The translations under genes were made by a program, and so were the position numbers. The notes under the pieces were generated by a model. It did not search any database. It was given only the letters and a program-made list of their open reading frames with translations, and had not been told where the DNA came from. Source: Spirochaetota bacterium (GTDB lineage: Bacteria > Spirochaetota > UBA4802 > UBA5368). Taken from it: a stretch of DNA of 64,000 nt. The first letter of the stretch is position 1. Every line of letters begins with the position of its first letter. Location of the stretch: contig SCSX01000036.1 of assembly GCA_004297825.1 (NCBI GenBank), forward strand, positions 172,680-236,679, in the 5' to 3' direction. Shown one piece after another: positions 7,553-17,607 of the stretch.

Positions 7553-10387
7553 TCACGCCTTCTCGTCCAGCACCTCGCGAATCTTCCTCGCGAACGCCTC
7601 CGGGGCGTACGGCTTGCCGATAAAGTGCAGCCCTTCCTCGAAGATGCCGTGACGCAGGATCACGTCGTCCGTGTAACCGGAGCTGAAAAGGACTTTAATT
7701 CCCGGACGGATATTCGCGATCCGCCTGGCAAGGACCCTGCCGTTCATTCCCGGCAGAACAACATCGGTGACCAGGAGATCGATTTTTGTTTCCGTCCGCT
7801 TCGCGGCCTCGAGCGCGCTCTCCGCATCGGGGTAATGAAGCACCGTGTAACCGAACCTGCGCAGGACCTTGATGGTGAAGTCCCGTACCACGGGCTCGTC
7901 CTCGACCAGCATCACCGTCTCGGTGCCGGTCGCAGGGCCCATCGCCGCCCTGTGCACGGCGCCCGCCGCGGCCGCCCCCGCGGCAGCGGGAAGGAATATC
8001 GTCACCGTCGTCCCCTTCCCCGGTTCCGATTCGATCTCGATCGATCCCTTGTTCTGCTTCACCGATCCGTACACCGTGGCAAGGCCCAGCCCCGTCCCCT
8101 TGCCGCGGCCCTTCGTCGTGTAAAAAGGCTCGAAGAGGTGCTCCAGCGTTTCGGCGGACATGCCGCATCCGCTGTCGCGTACCGTAAGCTTCAGATACGG
8201 ACCGGGGGCGACCTCGGCATGGGAGGCGCAGTACGCGTCGTCCAGGTCGGCATGGGCGGTCTCGATGGTGAGCGCGCCCCCGTCCTGCATCGCGTCCCGG
8301 GAATTTACGACCAGGTTGATGATGATCTGCTCAAACTGCCCCGGGTCGATCCGGACGATCCCGATATCGTCCCGGAGGTTTGTCGTGAGCGTGATGTCTT
8401 CCCCGATGATCCGCTTGAGCATTCTCTGCATCTCGCCCAGCGCGCGATTGATGTCGAGCATCTGCGGCTCGATGATCTGCTTCCTGCTGAAGGCGAGGAG
8501 CTGTTTCGTAAGCGAGGCCGCGCTCACGGAGGCCTTGTGTATCTCCGTCAGGGTGGCGTGGAGCGGATCGTTGGGCGAGAGGTCCAGCAGGGCGAGCGAG
8601 GAATTTCCCATTATGGCCGTTAATAAATTGTTGAAATCGTGCGCGATCCCGCCGGTAAGCCGTCCTATGGAATCCATCTTCTGGGCCTGCCGAAGCTCGT
8701 CCTGGAGCCGCTGCTTCTCCTCCTCCGCGATTTTCTGCTCCGTCACATCGCTGCACACGACGAGGACGGAGATCACCCCGTCGGGACTATGCACTGCGCG
8801 GGCGACCTCGTCCACCCACAGGATGCTCCCGTTCTTCCTGATCTTACGGAACTGCCAGCGGAACGTTTCTCCCGGGTTTTCCAGGCAGATGCCCAGCTTC
8901 CTGACGACCTCACTTTTGTCCGGCTCGTAAAACACCTGCAGCACCGGCCTGCCGACGAGTTCCTCGATGGAATACCCGAGCTGGCTCGCGCCGAAATCGT
9001 TGACCGATACTACCGTTCCCTCCGTATCAAGCGTGAAGTACATCGTGGGGTTGTCGCGGTACAGGGCCCTGTACCGCTCCTCGCTTGCGCGCAGGGCTTC
9101 CTCGGCACGTTTACGCTCCGTGATGTCGCGGATCGATTCGATCGATCCTATTATCGCGCCCTCACCGTCGAAGAGCCGCGATGCAGCGATGAAAATGTAT
9201 GCCCCCCGATTCCCGTACAGCGACGGCACGAACACCTCCGCGTAGATGACGTTCCCGTTCCGCCTGACGTAATCGTACCGGGCGACGAGCGCGGGATCGT
9301 CGTTGTCCAGGAGGTCCATGATGTAGGAGCGCGGCCGGCCGTAGAAGGGAACGGCGCTGTAGTGGTGGTCCATGCCCAGGATGTCCTTTTTCTCGACGCC
9401 CGTCATCACCTCGATCGCGCGGTTCCACGCAATGATCTTTTTTTCGGCGTCGATGATGAACGTCGCGTCCGGAAGGAACTCGATTATATCGGACAGCTGT
9501 CTGTTGGCGTTTCTAAGCTTCTCCTCGGCGCGGGCGCGTTCGGTGATATCCCGGACGAGCACCAGCACCTTATCGTCGTCCATGGCGATCATCCTTGCCG
9601 ACCAGATCTCGGAGTCCTCGGCCATGGAAAGAAAATATTCGAATTCGGTGACTGCTTTTGTCTTGAGGGCGCTCTCTATTTTTTCGAGGACCAGCGCACG
9701 CTGGTCCGGCATGAAGGCCATGTCGCGGATGTTTTTTCCGAGTATCTCGGACGGGGGGAACAGCAGTTCCTCGCTCTTCTCGGCCTTGAAGTCGAGAAAT
9801 ACCCCGTCCCGCGAGAGCACAAACATGAGGTCCGGCATCGCCGCGATGAGGGACCGGTTCCACCGCTCGCTTTCGTGGAGCGACCGTTCCATCAGCTTCC
9901 GTCCGCTGATATCACGGCAGAGCGAAAGGATGCGCAGTTCCCCGCCCTTCCCGTACACGGTCGCGTTGATCTCGACGGTCGTGACGGCGCCGCCGGGTCC
10001 GGCGTAGTCTATTTCAAGATCCCTGATGCGCCCCTGCTCCAGGCATACCTTGACGGCCAGGGCGTTCCGTTCCCTGTCGTACGGCGCCGTCCATTCAATG
10101 ACGCTCCTGTTCATGATATCGGCCAGCGATTCATGGCCGGTCAGCCGCACGTATTGGCTGTTCGCATCCACGACCGTTCCATCGCCTTTCAGGATGACGA
10201 ACCCGGTATCCGTCGTTTCGACGAGTTCCCTGTATTTTTGCTCAATTTCATTCATCGCCGTGCACGCACCCGTCTCGTATTTTCCGCCCCGCGGGAGGCG
10301 GGTTTCCGGTTCAAGGGGAATTTCCCTGGGATATTTGAAAACCCGGTCCCACGTCCCGGGTAATTCGCAATGGTCGAAGGTGCTCAT
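7553..10387 (-). CDS. Multi-PAS hybrid sensor histidine kinase with a C-terminal receiver domain
   Basis: Several PAS/PAC blocks carrying repeated ...DITERKRAEEALR... linkers. H-box IAHDFNNLLTAI, then HATPase N/G boxes (...VRDSGCGMS..., GTGLGLATVY). C-terminal REC domain (VLLVEDEPVVR...DLLVTDVVLPGMNG). Start is uncertain among 10552, 10387 and 10255. Confidence 0.85.
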   Translation of the reverse strand: MSTFDHCELPGTWDRVFKYPREIPLEPETRLPRGGKYETGACTAMNEIEQKYRELVETTDTGFVILKGDGTVVDANSQYVRLTGHESLADIMNRSVIEWTAPYDRERNALAVKVCLEQGRIRDLEIDYAGPGGAVTTVEINATVYGKGGELRILSLCRDISGRKLMERSLHESERWNRSLIAAMPDLMFVLSRDGVFLDFKAEKSEELLFPPSEILGKNIRDMAFMPDQRALVLEKIESALKTKAVTEFEYFLSMAEDSEIWSARMIAMDDDKVLVLVRDITERARAEEKLRNANRQLSDIIEFLPDATFIIDAEKKIIAWNRAIEVMTGVEKKDILGMDHHYSAVPFYGRPRSYIMDLLDNDDPALVARYDYVRRNGNVIYAEVFVPSLYGNRGAYIFIAASRLFDGEGAIIGSIESIRDITERKRAEEALRASEERYRALYRDNPTMYFTLDTEGTVVSVNDFGASQLGYSIEELVGRPVLQVFYEPDKSEVVRKLGICLENPGETFRWQFRKIRKNGSILWVDEVARAVHSPDGVISVLVVCSDVTEQKIAEEEKQRLQDELRQAQKMDSIGRLTGGIAHDFNNLLTAIMGNSSLALLDLSPNDPLHATLTEIHKASVSAASLTKQLLAFSRKQIIEPQMLDINRALGEMQRMLKRIIGEDITLTTNLRDDIGIVRIDPGQFEQIIINLVVNSRDAMQDGGALTIETAHADLDDAYCASHAEVAPGPYLKLTVRDSGCGMSAETLEHLFEPFYTTKGRGKGTGLGLATVYGSVKQNKGSIEIESEPGKGTTVTIFLPAAAGAAAAGAVHRAAMGPATGTETVMLVEDEPVVRDFTIKVLRRFGYTVLHYPDAESALEAAKRTETKIDLLVTDVVLPGMNGRVLARRIANIRPGIKVLFSSGYTDDVILRHGIFEEGLHFIGKPYAPEAFARKIREVLDEKA

Positions 10388-10853
10388 CAAACTACAAGCA
10401 AAAATGAACCAATAATAACCTGTTTTTGCAGGTTTTTCGAGCGCGAATCTCCATCCCGTCCCCATTCGGGATGATCGGGCTCCCGCGCACCTTCGCCCGG
10501 CTTTCATATTAAGGACCGGTTCGTCGAATTTCAGGAACGCGAATCGGCGCAAAAACTATTTGAATTCATCGGGGGGATATGCTACTTTTACCTACGCGGT
10601 TGATGCTCATTTCCCGGTACGGTTCGCGTATCCGCGCCGCGCATCAAGAGAAGCATGTGGCGCCTTGGGCGCCCATGAAAGCGGCGCGACCGGTACGAAG
10701 CCGGGGAATGACGGACCATATATACAGATATGCCTGCCCGTGCCGAAAATCCATTCGCGGGTGCACCAGGAAGCGGGCGCAAATTCTCATCGTTTCGAAA
10801 AATAGCGGACGCGTGCGCCGTAAGCGCCGCGGACAGGAGCGGAGTCGTACGCC

Positions 10854-11960
10854 ATGGGCAATGATGTAAGAAAAATGTTTCTCGAGGTCGTGGTGAATTC
10901 CCTGGACACCCGGCAGGTCGATTTCCTGGGCGAATCGATGAATTCGCGGTTCAGCCTCAAGCGCCTTTCGGGTTTCGGGGAAAGCGTCCCCGTGCCCCGG
11001 CAGACGGCGGCCCAGGTGCTCCTGGATAATTTCCCCGACGAAAACGACATCGTCAAGATGTTCTCGTTCATGCTCGCGCACGAGGGCGAGCGGTTCTATA
11101 ACAGGACCCTCCTCATCTGGGGGAAGGAGGAATTCATCGCCCTGCTCCGGAAGCATAAGTGGATCTTCGACCGCGAGCTGATTCACTTCCTGCGCGACCC
11201 CTTCTACGAGCACGAGATCAATTTCCTGAAAAAGGTGCGCCTCCTGGACCTGCGCGATGAGTTCCCCTTCGACGATATCATCGCCGATATTTCGCGCGTC
11301 AGCACGCGGATGGGAATCCGGGATCTCGAATGGCGGATATCCCTGAGGCTCTACGATATCCTTCCGAAGATCGGCGAGCTGGTAAAAAAAATAATCGAGC
11401 TTCTCCTCACGCGCCAGAACCTCCAGGAATTTCACGGGGAAATTTTCATCTGCCTCAGGGAGCTCGCGACCAACGCGAGCAAGGCGAACTACAAGCTGCT
11501 GTTCGAGAAGTACTTCACGTCGCCCGCGGGGATCACCGCGGAGACCGACTACCCCGAATTCCTGCGCCTGTTCAAGGATGAACTGGGCGAGCACGGGTCT
11601 TCCCGGCTGATCGAGTACGCCCGGAAGGACGACATGTTCTTCACCATCACCTTCCAGTCGACCATGGAGTCCATCGAGGTGTGGGTGACGAACAACCAGA
11701 ATATCACGGTGCTGGAGAAGCAGCAGCTCATGAAAAAAATCGGCATGCGGTACTCGTGGGAGGCCAGCTTCGCCGAAGACAGCGACGAGTTCGTAGAGGG
11801 GGCGGGCCTGGGGCTGATGCTCATACAGAAAATCCTGGGAAATTTTTCGCAAGGCGAGCAGCTTCTCTCGGTCGTGTTCTATCCCGATACGATGAAGATA
11901 GGTTTCAGCCTGGCACGGGCCGATCTCCAGAAAAAGTCGAAGGCCAAAAAAGAAGCCTGA
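10854..11960 (+). CDS. Orphan GHKL-type ATPase domain protein (HATPase_c-like C-terminus, unknown N-terminal domain)
   Basis: The C-terminal half has an N-box-like ...ICLRELATNASKANY and a G2-like GAGLGLMLIQKI. There is no recognisable DHp/H-box. It lies divergent to the hybrid HK. The antisense 454-aa ORF (10644..12008) is rejected. Confidence 0.6.
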   Translation: MGNDVRKMFLEVVVNSLDTRQVDFLGESMNSRFSLKRLSGFGESVPVPRQTAAQVLLDNFPDENDIVKMFSFMLAHEGERFYNRTLLIWGKEEFIALLRKHKWIFDRELIHFLRDPFYEHEINFLKKVRLLDLRDEFPFDDIIADISRVSTRMGIRDLEWRISLRLYDILPKIGELVKKIIELLLTRQNLQEFHGEIFICLRELATNASKANYKLLFEKYFTSPAGITAETDYPEFLRLFKDELGEHGSSRLIEYARKDDMFFTITFQSTMESIEVWVTNNQNITVLEKQQLMKKIGMRYSWEASFAEDSDEFVEGAGLGLMLIQKILGNFSQGEQLLSVVFYPDTMKIGFSLARADLQKKSKAKKEA

Positions 11961-12049
11961 TCCAGGCGCCGATACGCCCTGCCCGGAACCCCCGGCATTC
12001 CCCGGCACCGGTCAGCCCGGGGAATCGTGCTGCCGGTCGCGCGGCGTCC

Positions 12050-12511
12050 CTAAAAAGAAAACATCCCGCCGCTTATCGACACAGTACCGGTTCCTGCCCC
12101 ATCCTCGGGAATGTTATCGCAGGCGAAGGTTGCCATGGAATCGCTCGTGAACATGATCGTGCAGTTCAATGTGGTCCCGTCCGAGGTATAGGTCACACCC
12201 GAAGAGTAGGTGAAGACCATGGTGCCGTCCGTTCCGTTGAGATTGTAGGTTCCGGGCACCGTGTAGTTGTTCAAGTCCAGAGATACGCTGGGATAGCCTC
12301 CCCCATAACCGTAAGCGCCGCTGCACGTAAAATTGTCCGGGGCGCCCATCATCATGCTGGGATTTCCCGAGTACATGGCGCTGTAGTCACCGGATACCGT
12401 GTAATCGCATGTCGATGAACCGTAACCGCTGCTGTCATAGCCCGCGCAGGAAACGAACAAGGCAATGGAGGCTGCCGTGACTGCGACAATTAATGTGCGT
12501 ACTTTCATCAT
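12050..12511 (-). CDS. Small secreted lipoprotein, Gly/Ser/Thr/Tyr-rich
   Basis: Signal peptide ending in the lipobox ...LFVSC. The mature part is low-complexity S/T/G/Y-rich with several Cys. Confidence 0.55.
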   Translation of the reverse strand: MMKVRTLIVAVTAASIALFVSCAGYDSSGYGSSTCDYTVSGDYSAMYSGNPSMMMGAPDNFTCSGAYGYGGGYPSVSLDLNNYTVPGTYNLNGTDGTMVFTYSSGVTYTSDGTTLNCTIMFTSDSMATFACDNIPEDGAGTGTVSISGGMFSF

Positions 12512-12774
12512 CTCCTCCTGGCATATTGGAGTCGAATAATATAGATGAAAGCGAGGCGCGAATCAAGCCGCGGGGTCGATTCGATGACGGTGGGACGATA
12601 CTTTGCGGCCATATTCGGCCAATCTTCTTGCACAGAAGCAGTACAAGAGTGTTAATATTATTTCGCCCCGGGAGTTCTGGACAATCGTAAAGGGAATGGA
12701 TTGATAAAGGAGTGTCTGGCTAAAGCGACGCTGGCGCGTCTCCCGCCATGGCCGTGATTCATATCAAATTTATA

Positions 12775-13527
12775 TCAATGCAAAAACCCGCCCGTCTCTA
12801 AAAACGCCAGCACATTGTCGATAACGCGTCTGTTCAGCAGCAGCAGCGAGTGCTGTCCCTTCACCTGGATGAAATCCTTCATGCCCTCCAGGCGCGTTTC
12901 CTCGACCGAGATGGTCCCGTCGTCGTCGCCGTCAATGAGGGGATTGAGCCCTGTGCTGTTTCCCAGCCCTCCCGCGATCACGCCGAACTCGCAGCGGGGG
13001 GCGGGCAGCGTGCTCACGAGCGAGCGGGGCGCCTGGGCCACCTCGCCGCCGGCGCGCCCGAAGAGCCAGCGGAAGCCGGGCAGCTGCATGAGGCGTCCCG
13101 CGAACGATGAGCCGCGGTTGGGCGGTGCGATCATCACGAAGCGCGCGGGGGTTATGGCCCGGTAATGGGCCAGGTAGTAGCGCACCACGATCGCGCCCAT
13201 GCTGTGGGTCACGAAATGAATCGTGGCGCCCTGCGGGAGCTTCGCCATCTCCCGGCCCAGGAGATCGGCGCTGTCCATGATGGATTCCTTCGTGCTGGGA
13301 TAGCCGAAGTTCAGGACGCGGTACCCGCACGCGAGGAGTGCGTTTTCGAGCTTCTCCATGGACGCGGGGCCGCGCATGATGCCGTGCAGGAGCACGACCC
13401 ACTCGCCGTCGTGGGACTTCGTGCAATCGTATGTGGGTTCCCCTTCAAACATAAGCGCAGTTATCAATACGGCTGCCGTGACAAGTATGCAGCCCAGGAT
13501 GACCAACAGGATAATTTTAGCGCGCAT
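12775..13527 (-). CDS. Alpha/beta hydrolase (lipase/esterase-like) with an N-terminal membrane anchor
   Basis: N-terminal TM helix. The nucleophile elbow VTHSMGA fits GxSxG, with ...VVLLHGIMRG... upstream of it. Confidence 0.8.
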   Translation of the reverse strand: MRAKIILLVILGCILVTAAVLITALMFEGEPTYDCTKSHDGEWVVLLHGIMRGPASMEKLENALLACGYRVLNFGYPSTKESIMDSADLLGREMAKLPQGATIHFVTHSMGAIVVRYYLAHYRAITPARFVMIAPPNRGSSFAGRLMQLPGFRWLFGRAGGEVAQAPRSLVSTLPAPRCEFGVIAGGLGNSTGLNPLIDGDDDGTISVEETRLEGMKDFIQVKGQHSLLLLNRRVIDNVLAFLETGGFLH

Positions 13528-13581
13528 CTTTATGGGCGCGGTGCATTGTATCGGGCGCGTTACCCGGCGCGGGCGGCCGCA

Positions 13582-15099
13582 TCAGTCTCCAATGAGCGTT
13601 TTGAGCGAGTTAGCGTAGTACTCGACGAGCGGCCGGTTCGCGGCGACGATTTTCACGACGCCGCGCCTCACGGTCACGAGCTTCCTGCGCTTTAGTATCT
13701 CGAGCGCGGTTTCCACGGTCTGGGCGGCCTCGTCGCCGGCGATCAGGTCCTCCTCGAAGGAGACGAGCTCCCTGGTGCGGCCGGGCTTCTCGCGCTCAAG
13801 GCTCTGTGAGAGCGCCTGCGTGGTCTCGAATGCCTTGCCGAGCACCACGCGGCCGTTTTTCCGCTTGATGATTTTCCTGAGCTTCTCGACGCGTCCCACG
13901 AGTTCGTCCTTTCCCATCCCGTCCGCCTCGCCGGAGAGGAGCGCCCGTGCGGTGATGCACACGGGCGTGACCGGGATGGTGCGCGCGATACCGGTGAGGA
14001 GAGAATCGGCGAACGCCTGGATCTTTGAAAGACGCTTTTTCCGCGCGAGCCTGAAGATGTCGGTTTTCTGGGCGCGCAGGAACTTCGAGAGAAAGACCGG
14101 CTCCCCGAAGCTCACGCTCGCGTAGCCGTGGCGCCGGAGCCTCCCGGTGAAGTAGCGCACGGCGTTCACCGTCGCGAGGAGCGGACCCTTGAGCGCGATG
14201 CGCGCGAGGGAGGCGGAGTTCTGGAGAAAGCCGCTTTTTTCGCGGCCCTTTTTCCACTCGGCGACCAGCACCTTGTCTTCGAGGACGTGGTCGTAATTGA
14301 TCGCGGCGGGGATGAACACGAGCTCGCGCCGGAACTTGGGATTGCGCTTGATGCCTATGATGTAGTCCAGGATGCCTATCTTCGCGGGACGCAAGCCCCC
14401 GTCGCGCGAGAGACCGCCCTCGATGAAGATGCCCTGGGTCACGCCCTGGAGGCTGATAAGCTGGATGTATTTTTCGAGCACCCTGTGGTAGAGCCCCTCG
14501 CGGTATCTGCGGCGGATGAAATACGCGCCGAACGACTTGAAGATGTACTCGAGCGGCCACACGCGCGCCCATTCGCCCACGGCGTAGGAGAGCGATATCT
14601 GGCGCGCGAGCATGTAGGCGACCAGGATGTAATCGATGTTGGAGCGGTGGTTCATGATGAAGACCACCACGCTGTCCTTGGGAATCTTCTCGAGCTTCGC
14701 GGCGTTTTCCCGGTCGATCACCACCTCGTAGATTAGGTTCAGAAGGGAGTTTGCGATCCAGTACCCGATCTTATAATAGGAGAGCAGGTTGAAAAAGGGA
14801 ACGATCTCCTCGATGTAGTCCCCGACCTGTTTCTGCACGTCCCGTATCTTGAGCCCCTTTTCGCGGGCGTGGTCGATGATCGCCTCGTGGATGTCGTGAT
14901 CGTTCAGGAGGTCCTGCTTCACCGCGATCTTGTGCATGAACTTGTTGCGGTCAAGCCTCGTCCGGTTCTGGTCCATGTACGCGCTCACGGACCGGTAGAG
15001 CCTTCCGCGCAGGCGCGAAAGGGCGAAGGCGCGCAGCGCCTCGTACGCGACAACGGCGCCCAGGGCGTAGAGCAAATAGTGGAGGATGTCCGATATCAT
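13582..15099 (-). CDS. Glycerol-3-phosphate / lysophospholipid acyltransferase (PlsB-like, HX4D family)
   Basis: Acyltransferase motif I ...FIMNHRSNIDYILV... (HxxxxD). Downstream motifs ...FIEGGLSRDG and ...IPAAINYD. 505 aa. Confidence 0.8.
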   Translation of the reverse strand: MISDILHYLLYALGAVVAYEALRAFALSRLRGRLYRSVSAYMDQNRTRLDRNKFMHKIAVKQDLLNDHDIHEAIIDHAREKGLKIRDVQKQVGDYIEEIVPFFNLLSYYKIGYWIANSLLNLIYEVVIDRENAAKLEKIPKDSVVVFIMNHRSNIDYILVAYMLARQISLSYAVGEWARVWPLEYIFKSFGAYFIRRRYREGLYHRVLEKYIQLISLQGVTQGIFIEGGLSRDGGLRPAKIGILDYIIGIKRNPKFRRELVFIPAAINYDHVLEDKVLVAEWKKGREKSGFLQNSASLARIALKGPLLATVNAVRYFTGRLRRHGYASVSFGEPVFLSKFLRAQKTDIFRLARKKRLSKIQAFADSLLTGIARTIPVTPVCITARALLSGEADGMGKDELVGRVEKLRKIIKRKNGRVVLGKAFETTQALSQSLEREKPGRTRELVSFEEDLIAGDEAAQTVETALEILKRRKLVTVRRGVVKIVAANRPLVEYYANSLKTLIGD

Positions 15100-15300
15100 C
15101 GTCTTGAATCCCGTTGCGCGGGGCGTTTAAAAGTTAACCGGGGAGATGAATTAATTCAATAAAAATACGAACGAGGCGAGTAATAATTATCCGCCGATAC
15201 GCTCCCGGGCCCCCGATATCTGCTTGACGCGGCCCGAAGCCTCATGTAACAGCACTTGAACCGGGACGCGCGCCCCGCGCGCGCTATACTGGTATTCCCG

Positions 15301-15666
15301 ATGAAGAACGCGATCCTGAAAGACCACTTCCTCCGCCCGCGCGGTATGGGAGCCGCGCCGGACGCCACGCACCGCGCGGTGGCGAAAAGCGAGGTGTGCA
15401 ACGACATCGTGCGGATGACGGCGCGGATCGAAGACGGCATCCTCGCGGAGGTGCGCACCGAGGTGTACGGGTGCGGCTACGCGATCGCGGGCGCGTCGCT
15501 TTTTAACGAGCGCGCGCGCGGGATGAGCGCGGACGAGGCGGCGCGCCTTGACCCGGCCGGGATCGCCGGCGGGGAAGGCGCGATCCCCGGCCATCACGAA
15601 CACTGCGTGGGGCTTGCCCATCGCGCCTACCTTAAAATCCACGCCGATTACCGGGAGGGAAAATAA
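15301..15666 (+). CDS. NifU/IscU-like Fe-S cluster scaffold protein
   Basis: ...SEVCNDIVRMTARIEDGILAEVRTEVYGCGYAIAGASL...HHEHCVGLAHRAYLKIHADY aligns with the three conserved Cys plus His of IscU. The stop overlaps the fdhD start (TAATG). Confidence 0.75.
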   Translation: MKNAILKDHFLRPRGMGAAPDATHRAVAKSEVCNDIVRMTARIEDGILAEVRTEVYGCGYAIAGASLFNERARGMSADEAARLDPAGIAGGEGAIPGHHEHCVGLAHRAYLKIHADYREGK

Positions 15667-16448
15667 TGGCGCTCCCCCAGGTGAGGCTGATACAGGCGGC
15701 CGAGTACCGGAACGGGCTCATTTCCCCCGCGGAGATCCCCGTGAGCGCCGAGTACGCGGTCACGCTTTCGGTCAACGGAAACCCGTTTGTGTCCATCGCG
15801 TGCTCGGGCTCCGATTTCCGCGAGCTCGCCATGGGCCACCTCCTCGCCGAGGGCGTGATACTCTCCGCCGGCGACGTGGTCTCGCTCGAGATCGACGAGG
15901 GGGCGCTCGCGGTGAACGCGGTCACCGTCCAGTCCGACGAAATGATCGACCGGCTCTTCCGCATACGCTCCATCGCCTCAGGATGCGGCCAGGCGTCCAC
16001 CGGGGACGGGGGCGATGGGCTCGCGCCGATACCCTCCGTTCCGCGCATGAAGGCCGCGCTTCTCACCGAATGCATGGGGACGTTTTTAAAGCTCTCCGAG
16101 GCGCACACGCTCACCCACGGCGTCCACAGCGCCGCGCTCTACTCGGCGGAGGGGGAGCGGATGTTCTTCTTCGACGAGATCGGCAGGCACAACGCCGTGG
16201 ACAAGGTGCTGGGGCGCGCGCTCCTGGAGCGCGTCCAGATCTCCCGGTGCATGCTCCTTTCCACGGGAAGGCTCTCCAGCGAGATCGTGTACAAGGCCGT
16301 GAGGGCCGCGCTCCCCGTCCTCGTGTCGCGCGCCGCGCCCACCACGCGCGCCGTCGAGCTCGCGCGGCGCTACAACGTCATGCTCGTAGGTGGGGTGCGC
16401 TCGTCCTCGTTCAACGTGTTCAGCGCCGTGGATTCGGTGGAATGCTGA
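15666..16448 (+). CDS. fdhD: Formate dehydrogenase accessory sulfurtransferase FdhD
   Basis: Contains the hallmark ...FFFDEIGRHNAVDKVLG... and the catalytic Cys loop ...SIASGCGQ. 260 aa. Confidence 0.85.
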   Translation: MALPQVRLIQAAEYRNGLISPAEIPVSAEYAVTLSVNGNPFVSIACSGSDFRELAMGHLLAEGVILSAGDVVSLEIDEGALAVNAVTVQSDEMIDRLFRIRSIASGCGQASTGDGGDGLAPIPSVPRMKAALLTECMGTFLKLSEAHTLTHGVHSAALYSAEGERMFFFDEIGRHNAVDKVLGRALLERVQISRCMLLSTGRLSSEIVYKAVRAALPVLVSRAAPTTRAVELARRYNVMLVGGVRSSSFNVFSAVDSVEC

Positions 16449-17152
16449 TCCTGCGCGACCTCGAGCGGGGCGAGGAGACCGTGTGCGCGTACCTGCCGGA
16501 CCGGCTGAGCCGGATGGAGTATTTCCTGGCGATAGACGTATCGGCGCACGAGCTCGAGTATCTCCTGGCCGACGGCTGGAGGAAATTCGGGTACTGCTAT
16601 TTCCGCCCGCACTGCAACGGCTGCCGCCTGTGCATCCCGTTGCGCGTGCTCGCGACGAAGTTCCTTCCCTCGAAGGGCCAGCGGCGCGTGGCGCGAAAGA
16701 ACGCGGGGGTGCGGGTGGAGTTCGGGCCCCTGTCCTATTCGGACGAGATTTACGACATCTACGTCGAGCATACGGGGATGCGGTTTGGCGACAGGAATAC
16801 GGCGCACGACGATTTCATGTTCAATTTTTACCAGCGCTCCTGCCCCTCGTTCCAGAGCGAGTATTACGTGGACGGTCGGCTCGCGGCCGTGGGCTTCCTC
16901 GACCGCTCGAGCGAGGGCCTGAGCTCCGTGTATTTCATCTACCGGGAATCCTGCGCGCGCCTGAGCCCGGGGATTTTCAGCGTGATGCGGGAGATCGGGT
17001 TCGCGCGCGAGCTGGGGCTTTCCTACTATTATCTCGGGTACTTCGTGCCGGGATGCGGCCGGATGGAGTACAAGGGAGGCTTCACCCCCCACGAAAAATT
17101 TTCATGGGGGCAAAAAAAATGGTTCACGGTCCGGGGCAGGGCAGTACTTTAA
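16442..17152 (+). CDS. bpt: Arginyl/leucyl-tRNA--protein transferase Bpt (ATE1-like N-end-rule transferase)
   Basis: MLILRDL...CYFRPHCNGCRLCIPLRV...YYVDGRLAAVGFLD...SSVYFIY matches ATE N/C domains. The start overlaps the fdhD stop (ATGCTGA). Confidence 0.8.
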   Translation: MLILRDLERGEETVCAYLPDRLSRMEYFLAIDVSAHELEYLLADGWRKFGYCYFRPHCNGCRLCIPLRVLATKFLPSKGQRRVARKNAGVRVEFGPLSYSDEIYDIYVEHTGMRFGDRNTAHDDFMFNFYQRSCPSFQSEYYVDGRLAAVGFLDRSSEGLSSVYFIYRESCARLSPGIFSVMREIGFARELGLSYYYLGYFVPGCGRMEYKGGFTPHEKFSWGQKKWFTVRGRAVL

Positions 17153-17283
17153 TACCGGGGCCGCGGCGCGCCACGGGGGCGTCGATACGCCAACGGCGCG
17201 ATCACGGGGCGGGAAGGGTATCGGCGCCCGCGCAAAAAAGGGAACGCCCACGGGCCGGACACGGCCGAAGCGGAGACAGTCAC

Positions 17284-17607
17284 ATGCCGGATAAACCACA
17301 GTACGACGAAAACCTCGACAGCGCGCTCATGACCGAGCACCGCCAGGACATCGAGGAGCCCAGGATGTACCGCGTGGTGCTGCACAACGACCACTACACC
17401 ACCATGGACTTCGTGGTGGAGGTGCTCGTAAAGGTGTTCCACAAGCCCGCCGCCGAGGCGACCCAGATCATGCTGGACGTGCACAAGAAGGGCAAGGGCG
17501 TGTGCGGCGTCTATACCTACGACATCGCGGCGACACGCGTCGACATGGTGCACCGGATGGCGAAGGAGCACGAATTCCCCCTGCGCTGCAGCATGGAGGA
17601 GGAATAA
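17284..17607 (+). CDS. clpS: ATP-dependent Clp protease adaptor ClpS
   Basis: ...PRMYRVVLHNDHYTTMDFVVEVLVKVFHK...ATQIMLDVHKKGKGVCGVYTYDIAATRV is canonical ClpS. 107 aa. Confidence 0.85.
   Translation: MPDKPQYDENLDSALMTEHRQDIEEPRMYRVVLHNDHYTTMDFVVEVLVKVFHKPAAEATQIMLDVHKKGKGVCGVYTYDIAATRVDMVHRMAKEHEFPLRCSMEEE

Noticed and set aside
7625-10363. Sense-strand ORFs 7625..8623, 8160..8930 and 8639..10363 opposite the hybrid histidine kinase
   Set aside because: These are antisense to a gene with clear PAS/HisKA/HATPase/REC motifs and have artefactual composition.
10644-12008. 454-aa ORF antisense to the GHKL-ATPase gene
   Set aside because: No motifs and GC-artefact composition. The sense ORF carries N and G2 ATPase boxes.
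15548-17152. 534-aa ORF spanning iscU through bpt in one frame
   Set aside because: Only its 3' third (from MLILRDL, 16442) matches Bpt. The 5' part is an out-of-frame overlap of iscU and fdhD.
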